Assembly (NCBI GenBank): GCA_964627085.1
Contig: CAZVIP010000002.1
Coordinates: 85,151 to 149,150, forward strand
Direction of reading: 5' to 3'
Length of the DNA: 64,000 nt
Origin: an uncultured Candidatus Saccharibacteria bacterium
Lineage (GTDB): Bacteria > Patescibacteriota > Minisyncoccia > Phycocordibacterales > CAIZLB01
Under the pieces are notes generated by a model, which saw only the letters and a program-made list of their open reading frames with translations, did no database searches and had not been told where the DNA came from. Below, in pieces: positions 8,801 to 18,054 of this stretch (position 1 is the stretch's first letter; each line of letters starts with the position of its first letter). The position numbers and the translations under genes were made by a program.

Positions 8801-10092
8801 AAAGTAGCATTACCACTAATTGTTCCGTAGTACATGGAGCTACTATTATTAAAACGAACATCGCCAGTTATATCAACATCGCCAATAGATGAAGTATCAT
8901 TTAATACAATACCATCCGTCGTACCGATAGGTATCGTAAAGTATGACGTCCCGTTTAGAGTTAGTGATTTGACAGTACTACCAACATCAACACTGTATGT
9001 TGTAATATTTTTACTACTTACACTTACATCAGTAGCCACTGTCGGGAAAATCAAAGACTGAATGGTGTAATTCGAATCATCCCACCAGTTATTTAAATTT
9101 GACCAATCCCCATCATCGGTTGGGCTATGAAAAAACTTAGAACCAGCACCACAAACTGTCACCAACCCTGACGCAGTTCCGGTATTCAAGTCGATAGCAG
9201 CAAAACAGGCATCACCGTTAACCGTACCGGCATTCGCAGCACTAGCACCCAAAAAGATTGTCATTAGTGGCGAGGTAATAACCCCTGACCCGCTATTATA
9301 TGAGCTCCCTAGAAACTTCGTAAATGCATTAATTGTACCATCGTTAAAAGCTGTATCACTGAAGGTGGTTGTTGCATTAATAATTCCTACCGTACCATTA
9401 CGTGCCTCATTCATAAATTCAACTTTATTACCACCCGCACCACTGATAGTTGCAGTGTTATACGACCGATCATTAAATCTTATGACACCACCAGGTATAC
9501 TCCCATCGAGAGTGAGCTCGCCTCCATTGTGCGTGTCATGGCTAAATATGATTTGGTGTGCATTAACACTAGATCCCGGCGCAGAATATGCGAAAGTAGA
9601 AAATATCACACTCGCACTTGGTGCGTTGAGAGTAACACCATTACCAAGGAAAGAGTCTCCTCCGAATTCCACAGACGAAGAGATATCAATTGTGCCCACA
9701 CCCTCAATTGATGCAAAACTAATTGCAGAAAGAGAAAACAAACTTATAGGGTCACCTGAATTTCCAGTCACTGAGGCAGACAGTACGACTTGATCCTCTG
9801 AGGTTGGGAGCACAGGTGAAGGCACAGTAAAGGTATCGTCGAGCCACCAGTTGCTTAGATTGGACCAGTCACCATCTGCCGTGGCATTATTGTAGTAGCG
9901 AGTCTCAGCATTTGCCTGCGCAGGAAATGCAAAGAATGTGAAAATTAAAAACAGAATAGAGAAAAAAAATAAAACTTTTTTTTGTTTTATTTTTTGAAAA
10001 CCCTCTTGAGGTATTTTGCTTGAAAATAATTGTTTTAGTGTACTGGGCATCAGTGTTATTTTAGCAAAAAATAGACTATTTTGAAACCCCAA
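5899..10092 (-). CDS. Giant (1397 aa) secreted cell-surface protein. It has four tandem beta-helix-like modules, two fibronectin type III domains and a C-terminal peptidoglycan-binding domain.
   Basis: There is an N-terminal signal/TM segment (FFFSILFLIFTFFAFPAQANA). Four modules each start with a DGDWSNLSNWW-like motif (variants are FHSPTDDGDWSNLNNWWDD, FHNAANNGYWHDLTNWF and FHNSVDGEWHTLGNWWLND). Repeated NDTSYNTGTI.GD and ACFA.T motifs also occur. Two FN3-like segments are present (ITWTSSESATYDVEYGLTTSYG and ISWTTNESATSSVEYGLTTSYG). The C-terminus LIQRYLNTHGFPVANYGVGSLGKETTKFGLATRQAIIRYQKAH matches a PG_binding_1 domain. Confidence 0.7.
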   Translation of the reverse strand: MGFQNSLFFAKITLMPSTLKQLFSSKIPQEGFQKIKQKKVLFFFSILFLIFTFFAFPAQANAETRYYNNATADGDWSNLSNWWLDDTFTVPSPVLPTSEDQVVLSASVTGNSGDPISLFSLSAISFASIEGVGTIDISSSVEFGGDSFLGNGVTLNAPSASVIFSTFAYSAPGSSVNAHQIIFSHDTHNGGELTLDGSIPGGVIRFNDRSYNTATISGAGGNKVEFMNEARNGTVGIINATTTFSDTAFNDGTINAFTKFLGSSYNSGSGVITSPLMTIFLGASAANAGTVNGDACFAAIDLNTGTASGLVTVCGAGSKFFHSPTDDGDWSNLNNWWDDSNYTIQSLIFPTVATDVSVSSKNITTYSVDVGSTVKSLTLNGTSYFTIPIGTTDGIVLNDTSSIGDVDITGDVRFNNSSSMYYGTISGNATFNTTAYDQIGSSVPTSGVFTMSTGAIWSTEINGTVYDSNNAQVTSYVFNGPTEPDIDIDGDAVFNGNPLRNSHTVNGNATFNLGSTNEGTVIGNATFNDFSHNFGNINGDMYLNTEYYLNGSSTPTGGILTINGEGIWSGIVSGNVYGSDMAQITQYVFNDNSHAQSDISANTVIFNDNSHFDSGSITAEVTFNDTSYNTGTINGDTLFNTNYYDETNDIYPVDGTLTVSGSRWLSGVYNGDVYVPGSGMIARTIVEDYVFRDSSTNAASLTGNARFLDISTNQGQGVITGDACFASTATNYGTVSGSTTVCPTKLYFHNAANNGYWHDLTNWFTDSAYTIPAGIIPTSEYDVYVGVGETIIQNNGGSQASAKSLHVANGSVSGFEITVSDFARFTGTAQSGLIIYGNACFAPTAVNNGTVSGTMSVCGNYFHNSVDGEWHTLGNWWLNDILTIPAETVPGVDDDIVVTSAIEANSGGPISIRSATFNGSSNLGYLVTMSVSQGVIFNDSTYINGGTVNGTTTFNTDFYDAIDSTKPVGGVFNINNQAWSGSVVGEVLGSDSAAITKYVFSGNAFNNGGTLYRNSEFYDTSYNNGAIDGDACFAPTASNSGTVTGNVSVCYVPDLPPTITLVSATTTPTTATITWTSSESATYDVEYGLTTSYGSSIGATGSTTYIATITGLTQNTLYHFKINGVDAGSNSTSSADATFTTTIAPDITPPVISNITISGVTDVAATISWTTNESATSSVEYGLTTSYGSQSSIGSLNTNHSISLSSLAQSSVYHYRVISTDAVGNVATSSDQTFTTSATSVPTSGGSTGGSSSGSAPASGSSGTGGGVYIIYGIGQNNASSTASSSQSSLTNNASSTSGIGNGIGNGQGSLPQNNLYVFTINRRLWMTGADVKLIQRYLNTHGFPVANYGVGSLGKETTKFGLATRQAIIRYQKAHKISPAVGYFGVKTRSAFNAGL

Positions 10093-10414
10093 ATATCAAC
10101 AACAGTTTCTCTTGGCGGGTCAATGATTTAAGTTTACACTCCCTTTTTCGCGCTAATTGGAGCGTCTCATGTATTTCGGTATATTTGAGTGTCACAGGAC
10201 GGCGGATCTTAGTATAGTGTGCACCGCTTTTTAGATTATTGTGTTGATTGAGTCTCTTTTCCATATTATTTGTACTTCCTATATACAAAGTCTTGTCATT
10301 GCACTCTAATATATAGACCACGAATTGTACTGGCCCGATTTCCCTACCAGTCTTTGGAGAAGTCTTTGGGGCTGTTTTCATTTTCACACCAGCTAGCTTT
10401 CGGGAGTTTTTCAC
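10076..10414 (-). CDS. GIY-YIG nuclease family protein (YhbQ/UPF0213-like). The true start is probably an internal Met downstream of the one given.
   Basis: VYILECNDKTLYIGSTNNMEKRLNQHN is the GIY-YIG signature. The predicted 5' region overlaps the upstream gene end, and the 3' end overlaps the start of the giant gene by 17 bp. Confidence 0.65.
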   Translation of the reverse strand: MKNSRKLAGVKMKTAPKTSPKTGREIGPVQFVVYILECNDKTLYIGSTNNMEKRLNQHNNLKSGAHYTKIRRPVTLKYTEIHETLQLARKRECKLKSLTRQEKLLLIFGVSK

Positions 10415-10479
10415 ATATATATAGTATCACCGTCCTTAAACTAAGTTCAATGCAATATATGTTAGAATGATTCGCAATT

Positions 10480-11343
10480 ATGTCATGGGTATTTATTGCA
10501 ATTCTTGCTGCAGGTTTTAAGTCGCTTGCAACCATAACTGAAAAGAAACTTTTGGGCACTGAATCAATGTCAGAATATTTGTCCGGTATTAGTATTTTCA
10601 TTTCTATTCTTTCTTTACCACTTCTCTTGCTCGTCAAGAATTTTTCTTTCACTGGTATCGACCTCTTAATCACACTTGGTATTTCGATGATTTCTGTCAT
10701 GAGCGCTGCGAGCATTACTTATGTCATCAAAAAAGTTGATATCAGTGAGTCGAGTGCGCTTCTTGCTATGACTCCGATTTTTGTGACTGTTTGCGGTTTT
10801 ATCTTTCTGGGTGAAAGAGTTACAGCCATGCAACTTGGTGGAATTGCACTCTCGTCACTTGGGCTCTTTATCCTAGAGAAGAAGCGTGCGCAGAAACAGC
10901 CTGTGGATAGAAAATTATACATCGTATTAGTGCTCTCACTTATTTTTTTTGCCATTTCAACCATCGGAGATAGATATATGGTGCATTACAGAAATATTGA
11001 CCCTATACTTTTTCTTATCATTGTACAGATCTGTATTAGCATCAACTTTGTGATTTACGATATTCAGCACGCACGAAAAAACAAAAGTAAAAGCAGTTTC
11101 ATTGACCACAAGCTTTTCCGTGAAAAATATTTTTGGCTAAATTCCATATTGATTATTGGGCATAGAATTACCCATATGTTTGGGGTTAATCTAATTGAGG
11201 CCGGTATTTTCAATGCTGCCAAGCAAATCAATGCTATTTTTACCACAGTAATTGGAGGTACTTTGTTTAAAGAAAAAGAGCTTATGCGCAAAACGTTTGC
11301 ATGTATAATAATAGTAACAGGTGTGCTTTTGGTAACTCTTTAA
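10480..11343 (+). CDS. EamA/DMT-superfamily transporter
   Basis: A 287 aa protein with ~10 TM helices and a duplicated EamA-like architecture. Confidence 0.5.
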   Translation: MSWVFIAILAAGFKSLATITEKKLLGTESMSEYLSGISIFISILSLPLLLLVKNFSFTGIDLLITLGISMISVMSAASITYVIKKVDISESSALLAMTPIFVTVCGFIFLGERVTAMQLGGIALSSLGLFILEKKRAQKQPVDRKLYIVLVLSLIFFAISTIGDRYMVHYRNIDPILFLIIVQICISINFVIYDIQHARKNKSKSSFIDHKLFREKYFWLNSILIIGHRITHMFGVNLIEAGIFNAAKQINAIFTTVIGGTLFKEKELMRKTFACIIIVTGVLLVTL

Positions 11344-11345
11344 CC

Positions 11346-11945
11346 ATGAATGAATTTCTCCTCAATATAGCCATCAATCATCAATATATTATCTATTTGG
11401 CTGTTTTGGTTATTGCGATCATCGAAGGGCCAATCATCTCGGTTTTTGCAGGAATCTTACTCCACCTTGGCTATGTGCAATTTGCATTAATTTTAATCAC
11501 CATTATGTCTGGGGATTTAATTGGTGATGTTGTTTGGTATATGCTCGGTAATACATACGGACACAGATTTATATATAGATTTGGCAAATATTTTAAAATC
11601 ACCGAATCAAGCGTCGCATATATTGTAAATATTTTTCATACACATAGAAACAAGATCCTTGTAGGCTCAAAGCTGACAACGGGTTTTGGTTTTGCGCCCG
11701 TTGTGCTGTTTGCTGCTGGCATGTCACGTGTCCCCTTCAAAAACTATATGTTAGCCAATACTTTTGGGCAAATTATTTGGTCTGGACTTTTACTTGGGAC
11801 AGGCTATCATTTTAGTAAATTCTACTCATTTCTTGATACTGGATTTAAAAAAGTCTTTTTTATTAGTGGGATAATCATCTGTACGGTGCTTCTTGTCCGC
11901 CTTGTTTCATATATAAGAGATAATAAGCTACCGAAAAACCTATAA
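11346..11945 (+). CDS. DedA/VTT-domain membrane protein
   Basis: The start MNEFLLN is at 11346. The segment IEGPIISVFAGILLHLGY...GSKLTTGFGFAPVVLFAAGMSRVPF matches the DedA (SNARE-associated) family. Confidence 0.6.
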   Translation: MNEFLLNIAINHQYIIYLAVLVIAIIEGPIISVFAGILLHLGYVQFALILITIMSGDLIGDVVWYMLGNTYGHRFIYRFGKYFKITESSVAYIVNIFHTHRNKILVGSKLTTGFGFAPVVLFAAGMSRVPFKNYMLANTFGQIIWSGLLLGTGYHFSKFYSFLDTGFKKVFFISGIIICTVLLVRLVSYIRDNKLPKNL

Positions 11946-11960
11946 TCACACACCAATAAT

Positions 11961-12683
11961 ATGGCAAAAATATCTGTCATCATCCCCGCTTACAATGAAG
12001 AAGCGTGCATAGCCAAATCTATCGAAGCCGTCCTTGCACAGCATGGTATCGATTTCGAGATTATCGTAGTCAATGATCAGAGCACTGATAAGACACAAGA
12101 AATTTTAGAGACTTATAAGGCTGTCAAAATTGTTCGAGGCGCACACATAGGATTGATGCATGCATGCGAATCAGGGCGTAGGGTTGCAACTGGCGACATT
12201 ATTGTGCGCATGGACGCTGATTGTATTCCGCCGTCAGATTGGCTTTTGCGTGGTTCAAGGTATTTTGATAACCCTCGAGTGGTTGCAGTGTCGGGCCCAT
12301 ATGACTATACCGATGCATCATTTGTGTTTAGATGGGTGTCGCTCTTTGTTCAAAAATATATCTATACTCTTAGCAATATTTTCTTGCGGACTTTTTTCAA
12401 ATCTGGAGGAGTGATGATTGGTGGTAATAGCTTCATGCGTGCGAGTACTTTTGAAATGATTGGTGGATTCGACACAAGAATTATTTTTTACGGCGACGAT
12501 AGCGATACGGTCAAAAGACTGTCGGCTCACGGCAAAGCAATCTTTGACAGAAATTTAATTGTCAAAAGTTCCGCCCGCCGTTTCTACCGCGAAGGTATGC
12601 TCAAAATTTTATGGAAATATTTCAAAGGGTTTGTTGGTGGAAATACCCACACTCTTGAGGATATTCAAACTGATAAAAAATAA
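11961..12683 (+). CDS. Family 2 glycosyltransferase
   Basis: ISVIIPAYNEE....IVVNDQSTD...RMDADC are the GT2 DXD-type motifs. Confidence 0.75.
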   Translation: MAKISVIIPAYNEEACIAKSIEAVLAQHGIDFEIIVVNDQSTDKTQEILETYKAVKIVRGAHIGLMHACESGRRVATGDIIVRMDADCIPPSDWLLRGSRYFDNPRVVAVSGPYDYTDASFVFRWVSLFVQKYIYTLSNIFLRTFFKSGGVMIGGNSFMRASTFEMIGGFDTRIIFYGDDSDTVKRLSAHGKAIFDRNLIVKSSARRFYREGMLKILWKYFKGFVGGNTHTLEDIQTDKK

Positions 12684-12740
12684 ATCACACACTAGCAAGG
12701 CAGGTCAGGCTTCGCATGTACGGAATTTGAGGGCAAACAA

Positions 12741-12779
12741 AAACCGAGCAACATTGCTCGGTTTTTGTTTATTTTTTTC
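12741..12779. terminator. Intrinsic terminator: ccgagcaa-cat-ttgctcgg followed by tttttgtttattttttt
   Basis: Read from the sequence. It lies between the end of the + strand GT2 gene and the end of the - strand gene at 12807. Confidence 0.65.
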
Positions 12780-12806
12780 TTTTAGAAATTATCAGATGGG
12801 CTCAGC

Positions 12807-13109
12807 TTAGCAAGCCTTCTTCTCTGCTTTGACTGCAGATTTCCATGCAGATTCTGCAGCTTTACATTCTTTGTATTCAGCTTCACCTGATAAACACTGT
12901 CCCCCATGGAACCTCTCGAGCTTTCGCTTAGTAGCCCTTGTGTGTGCTTTAGCATTTGCACATTTACCTCCGCTAGCCTTTGCTTCTAAATCTTCATTGC
13001 TGTACATAGAAACAGTGTCATTTTTTGCTAGCATCATATTTGTGACATAGTAGCCGATAGCACCAAATACGAGGAATACTGCAATTGCGATAATTATTTT
13101 TTTCATCAA
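12807..13109 (-). CDS. Small membrane-anchored Cys-containing hypothetical protein
   Basis: 100 aa with an N-terminal TM and a Lys-rich C-terminal part containing 5 Cys residues. Confidence 0.4.
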   Translation of the reverse strand: MMKKIIIAIAVFLVFGAIGYYVTNMMLAKNDTVSMYSNEDLEAKASGGKCANAKAHTRATKRKLERFHGGQCLSGEAEYKECKAAESAWKSAVKAEKKAC

Positions 13110-13219
13110 TTTTAAAACTTTATTTTATTTATAATGTGCGATTTATGCAGATATGATTCAGATTTACAAGTGTAATTATAAAATAAAAATAGTTATAGGT
13201 CTATATTGATGTTCACAAC

Positions 13220-14281
13220 CTACTCACTCTTTATCTTAAGGGGTGTGTGCCTCATGATAAATTTGGAATATAGCTCCCAGTCATCTTGCTCAAGACTCAA
13301 TTCATCAGTTGCGCCAGGGCCAAAGACTTCATCAAGGTCAGAAAGAAAACTTCTATCCCCTGCAAGATATGCGACAAGTGCCTCTTTTTTAATATCGGAG
13401 TAAAACTGTGTAAATGGTTTTCTGCCCTCTAGAGGAGCCTCGTTATATCTCTTAATTACTTTGTGTAACATATAATTTGAGACTATCGAAACAGGTCTTT
13501 CATATGCATCAGGAATTGGATTTTTAACCAAATGAAGCTTCAGTCTTCTATCCTCTTCTACACTTTCGATATCACGCCCATCTTGTTCATTCAAAAATAT
13601 GTCCATCTCTGACGTGCCCACCCCTTTTGATTCTCTCGCCTCTATCCTTTTCTTAATTACCGAAACCATCTCATCAAATTCTTTATTACATGACTCCGTC
13701 ATTTCCTCTTCATGACTTACTGAATCACTGGATATGCCTTTTGCCATTTCTCGCGCAAAATATTCTGTAAAACCTTCATTGATAAGTAAAAATCTACTTG
13801 GTGGTACGCTTGCATTATTTTCACCAAAAGCTGTTTTGCGCTCTTCGAAACCTGTTTGTACCTTATCATCTTTATTTACTTTATTATTCTCAACAAAACT
13901 CCATGCAGCAGCAAGGTGCAAAGCTTCGTGGACAATTGTATGTGAGCTGTACGCCGACACTGGAAGTAACTTAACAATATTTTCCTTCGGAGAAAAACTA
14001 CCAACAGCTCCTGCAAGCTCAGTAAATTTAACAACCTTAAAATCACTCACTTGGATATCAGAGCCACCATATAAACCCTCCTCTCGTAAGCCACCCAGAG
14101 TTTCATTGAGTACGCTTATTGATTCTAGCAACTCTTTTGTTTCAAGAACATATTCGTGTTCTTTATTTGGCTCTAGGGATTCCGCAGATGAAGGTGCTCC
14201 ATCCTGTAATATTTCACTAGATATATCGGTGGCCGGTTCATGCATTTCTGCTCCAGAATCTATTCGAGGTTTCTCTGACAT
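13220..14281 (-). CDS. Acidic hypothetical protein with an HExxH motif (possible zinc metallopeptidase-like domain)
   Basis: 353 aa, rich in Glu and Asp. The segment SHTIVHEALHLAAAW contains the HExxH motif. Confidence 0.4.
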   Translation of the reverse strand: MSEKPRIDSGAEMHEPATDISSEILQDGAPSSAESLEPNKEHEYVLETKELLESISVLNETLGGLREEGLYGGSDIQVSDFKVVKFTELAGAVGSFSPKENIVKLLPVSAYSSHTIVHEALHLAAAWSFVENNKVNKDDKVQTGFEERKTAFGENNASVPPSRFLLINEGFTEYFAREMAKGISSDSVSHEEEMTESCNKEFDEMVSVIKKRIEARESKGVGTSEMDIFLNEQDGRDIESVEEDRRLKLHLVKNPIPDAYERPVSIVSNYMLHKVIKRYNEAPLEGRKPFTQFYSDIKKEALVAYLAGDRSFLSDLDEVFGPGATDELSLEQDDWELYSKFIMRHTPLKIKSE

Positions 14282-14356
14282 ACCTAGGATTATACACTGT
14301 AAATATAGGATAGAGAACTAATGTGTAGTCCACAGCAGTATTACCCCAACATCACT

Positions 14357-15149
14357 TTATCTATCACTCTTCACTTTTTTTAGGGCAAAGAGCCCGAGGA
14401 CAATAAACAGCGTCACTGCAAGTGTTGCCAATCTATATCTATAGCTACCAATTGATACAAGTCCTGTCACAACGAGTCCCCACACAATCGGACCAACAAG
14501 TGATGAGGTTCTTTCAATTAAATTAAAATATGAAAAAGCCAGATTGTTACTTTTGGCTGGTGTGAGGTATGCCATAACCGATCGAGAGACTGCCCAATTT
14601 GAACCAAACCATAGCCCCATGATAGTTGTTGCAATCACAAATAATGTGAAATTTTGGATAAATCCAATTGCTGGCAAAATGAATATCCAACCCGTAAGTA
14701 CAAAAACCATGGTTCGCAGCAATACCGTATCCGGAGATGCGTCCTCTTTTCTCCAGAGGACTAATGTCATTAATAAGTGGAGTATAAAATGTAAAACCGA
14801 GTTGATATATATACATCCCCAAAGTAAAAGTAATCAATCCACCCAGATTATTATCACTTACCGCAAACCAAGCACAGAGTGAATAGAGCAAAAATACAAG
14901 GACTGTATTTATACGAAGGCCAACAATTCTGCGCAAATGTTTATCTAACAAAACGCCAATAAACGGAGCTGTACAAATCAAAAAAATAGTTGAGATAGTG
15001 AAAGTCAAATTGAACCAAAAATCAGAAAGCCCCCTATCAATCACGATCCACTGGGCAAAATAAAGAAAAAATACTATCGAAACTATTGAGTTCGCAAAAT
15101 CATATAGCACCCATAATAAGACATTTCTCCTGGTCTGCATTTCTTTCAT
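14357..15149 (-). pseudogene. MFS transporter (UMF1/Atg22-like) split into two overlapping frames. This is either a frameshifted pseudogene or a sequencing error near 14700-14770.
   Basis: The 200 aa ORF (14547-15149) has an MFS-like N-terminus (WVLYDFANSIVSIVFFLYFAQW) that degenerates into non-protein-like sequence. The 137 aa ORF (14357-14770) in another frame continues as TM helices. Confidence 0.45.
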
Positions 15150-15169
15150 ATCAAATATACTATTACAAA

Positions 15170-15658
15170 TTAACTCAAATAACTATCAAACCATATTGCA
15201 TGGCATGTATATCCACCTTTATTTTTTTGGAGATAATCTTGGTGATATTCCTCTGCTTTGTAAAAAGTAGTAAGCGACTCAAGTGTAGTGACAACTGGGT
15301 CTTTCCAGCGTTTTGATTTATTTACAATATCAATGAAATCTGTAGCGATTGCTTTCTCTTCTTCATTTGCATAAAAAATTGCCGAGCGATATGAAGTACC
15401 TGTATCATTTCCTTGTTGATTAAGAGTGGTTGGATTATGAATTTGGAAAAAGAAATCCAGGAGTTTTTTATATGAAGTTTTTTCTGAGTCATATGAAATT
15501 GAAACAGCTTCTGCATGTCCTGGATGAAATTCATATGTTGGATTTTCATTTGATCCACCCGTGTAGCCCACCTCTGTATCTACGACACCTGGCCGGGTTC
15601 TGATTAAATCCTCAAGCCCCCAGAAGCAACCGCCTGCAAGTACAATTTTTTGTATCAT
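15170..15658 (-). CDS. msrA: Peptide methionine-S-sulfoxide reductase
   Basis: The GGCFWG active-site motif is at the N-terminus. Confidence 0.85.
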   Translation of the reverse strand: MIQKIVLAGGCFWGLEDLIRTRPGVVDTEVGYTGGSNENPTYEFHPGHAEAVSISYDSEKTSYKKLLDFFFQIHNPTTLNQQGNDTGTSYRSAIFYANEEEKAIATDFIDIVNKSKRWKDPVVTTLESLTTFYKAEEYHQDYLQKNKGGYTCHAIWFDSYLS

Positions 15659-15752
15659 ATAATTAATTGAGTTCGAATTAGATTTTGTTAAAACTTACAT
15701 TTGATTTGAACTACATTTGGGCAAATCTATCTATATATTTTACTGCAGTTCT

Positions 15753-16145
15753 TTAAACAAAATTTTCCTCTGTATCATCAAATTGCTCAAAGCATACTGA
15801 ATTCATACAATAGCGCAGACCTGTTTTTGTTGGTCCATCAGGAAATAAATGACCAAGATGTGAATGGCAAACGGCACATACAGTTTCTGTGCGAGTCATA
15901 CCATATGATGTATCCTCTATGTTTTCAACAGCGCCAGGGATGGCTTCATCAAAACTTGGCCAGCCAGTTCCTGAATCAAATTTTGCATCTGATTTAAATA
16001 ATGCATTTCCGCACACCGCACACTTATATAAACCGTCTTTGTCGGGATGAATTAATTTCCCTGAAAAAGGAGCCTCTGTCCCCTTTTCTCTTAAAACTTT
16101 GTACTGTTCTGGAGTTAATTTATTTTTTATTTCATCTTCATTCAT
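15753..16145 (-). CDS. msrB: Peptide methionine-R-sulfoxide reductase
   Basis: CAVCGNALF...CAVCHSHLGHLFPDGP are the MsrB zinc-ligand and catalytic motifs. Confidence 0.85.
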   Translation of the reverse strand: MNEDEIKNKLTPEQYKVLREKGTEAPFSGKLIHPDKDGLYKCAVCGNALFKSDAKFDSGTGWPSFDEAIPGAVENIEDTSYGMTRTETVCAVCHSHLGHLFPDGPTKTGLRYCMNSVCFEQFDDTEENFV

Positions 16146-16270
16146 ACCACTATTCTAACAGACAATAGGAAAACCCCAGAGAGCCTACGCTCCCTGGGGT
16201 CGAATTTCCAACAATTGAGATAAATCTCAAAGTTGCGATATATAACCGAATGCACCGCATCGCTACAAAT

Positions 16271-17767
16271 TCACTCAGGCAAACCCGGTTCTAGTTCATA
16301 CCGCAGGGCGGCATAAACATAAGGGTTGCTGAGAGCAAAGATTGCGAGTGCAGCCCGCACAGCTGATTCGAGATACGGTGCCCATGTAACTTGAGGTCGT
16401 CGACCCTCTGGTTGATAGGCATCGAACAGTTTCAGTGAATTATGCGCATCGGCAGCAAACGTATCCCCTAAGCAACAGATTACCGGCACTTCATGCTGCC
16501 ATGAAATTGTTGCCAGTTCTTGATTATAAGCCGGGACATCAGTAATGATGACGGTTTGATCCGCCCCCAAAATATGTTCAGCAAAATCAGGCCTAGGCAT
16601 TGCCTGCATTTCAACCGGTGAAGCTGTATGCGGTGGTGCGACTACATGCGCTATTATGCATCCAAAGTGTATTGACAGTGTATGCATTACTGTGTTTGCA
16701 AGACAGTGATAAGGACCTTCTGGAGCCCAAATGAGAATCTGCTGAGTTGGCACCGTGAACGTGGCGACAACTTTCGCTATTGCCTCAAAGTTTGCAGCCA
16801 TTGCCTTCCTCTGATTAGAGTCGGCTTTTGGGATGACTTCAGTAAGCAATGTGCGTGTGGAATCCACAATGCACCAACTGGTGAGATCGACGATGTCGGC
16901 AATCGAGAGATTACCTTTAGGGTCGATGCCAAATTCCAGTTTGATAGTGTGTAGCCGGAGCCCCTTGTCCTTGAATGCTTTTTCCAAAATCAGGAAGGCA
17001 CGGCGGGCAAGTTCCTCCATCTGCACAATGTATTTTTCCTCAAACGGCTCGGCGAACACGTCTTTGCGCTTGTATGTATGCGACGGTTGTAGTCCATCGG
17101 CAGTGTTTAGCCCGGATAGCTCAGGATTATAGAGATCAAAAGCGTCGTCATCTGGAAGGAACCACATCAGTGGATTTTCACAGAGTAGATTACGACCTTT
17201 CCATGTCGGACCCGTTGCCGTCTCCGTGGATTTGAGGTGTAAATCAACAGCGAGCTTCTTGTGTGTATCGCCGATACCTTTGTTTCGGAGCGCCGTGCTT
17301 GGGTAATCGCCTGCAACACGGTGTGTGAACACCATGTATGGCAACATCTTGCAGCGTGGTGCTGTGAATCCAAAATAGTCCGTAGGGAGTTCATCTTCTT
17401 TGCTCTGAGTATCACTCTTGGTTGGGGCACCCTTCCGTGGTTGCTTACTAAGCAATTTTGCAACCCCTTCAAATGCAACTGGAAGTCCAGCTGCCTTTAG
17501 GAAAGCAAAAATATCACAAGTGATTCTGATGGCTGACTCCTCAATTGAGGCGCCTCCGGTGCGTGCAGATTGCATAAAGATAGCAACTTCATCGAGATTC
17601 GATGCTGGAATGACACTGTATTTATACAGCGACCTGAATGATCCCTTTGGCATTGAGACATTGCTCGCGGCCGCCGGTCTGGGATCGGGTTCCGTGGAGG
17701 GTGTAATAGGAGCTGGTATTGCTGAGTTTCCTGAGGTTGGAGCCTCCGGTACATGAGTTGCGGCCAT
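16271..17767 (-). CDS. GC-rich 498 aa hypothetical protein with a SAICAR-synthetase-like segment
   Basis: GLRLHTIKLEFGIDPKGNLSIADIVDLTSWCIVDS resembles the PurC motif LILVDTKYEFG...DEV.TPDSSR. GC content is ~50% against ~35% flanks. It uses a TGA stop. Confidence 0.45.
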   Translation of the reverse strand: MAATHVPEAPTSGNSAIPAPITPSTEPDPRPAAASNVSMPKGSFRSLYKYSVIPASNLDEVAIFMQSARTGGASIEESAIRITCDIFAFLKAAGLPVAFEGVAKLLSKQPRKGAPTKSDTQSKEDELPTDYFGFTAPRCKMLPYMVFTHRVAGDYPSTALRNKGIGDTHKKLAVDLHLKSTETATGPTWKGRNLLCENPLMWFLPDDDAFDLYNPELSGLNTADGLQPSHTYKRKDVFAEPFEEKYIVQMEELARRAFLILEKAFKDKGLRLHTIKLEFGIDPKGNLSIADIVDLTSWCIVDSTRTLLTEVIPKADSNQRKAMAANFEAIAKVVATFTVPTQQILIWAPEGPYHCLANTVMHTLSIHFGCIIAHVVAPPHTASPVEMQAMPRPDFAEHILGADQTVIITDVPAYNQELATISWQHEVPVICCLGDTFAADAHNSLKLFDAYQPEGRRPQVTWAPYLESAVRAALAIFALSNPYVYAALRYELEPGLPE

Positions 17768-18054
17768 AATTTTGGGTTCTATTGATTTGGGATTTCTCCC
17801 GTTGTTGTTTGTTGTTGTGGTGAACGAAGCAATATAAACGGCAGTGTTGCCTAAGTGTACCCTTAAATTTCCATTTGAAAGTCTTTCAGATGGTTATGTT
17901 TATACCTTTCAGGCTTTTGCCCTTCTGGCCCCTATATTACAGATTTATTTGACAAAGGCAAGGTTTTTGTGTTGTCTTTGTTTTACTGCTTTAGCCATAT
18001 CGCCCATTATTTATATCTAAATTTACTCACGGTCGCCCATGAATTACGACAATT

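Noticed and set aside
7307-9793. Several 60-140 aa + strand ORFs inside the giant surface protein gene.
   Set aside because: They are antisense to a continuous 1397 aa ORF with a coherent domain structure.
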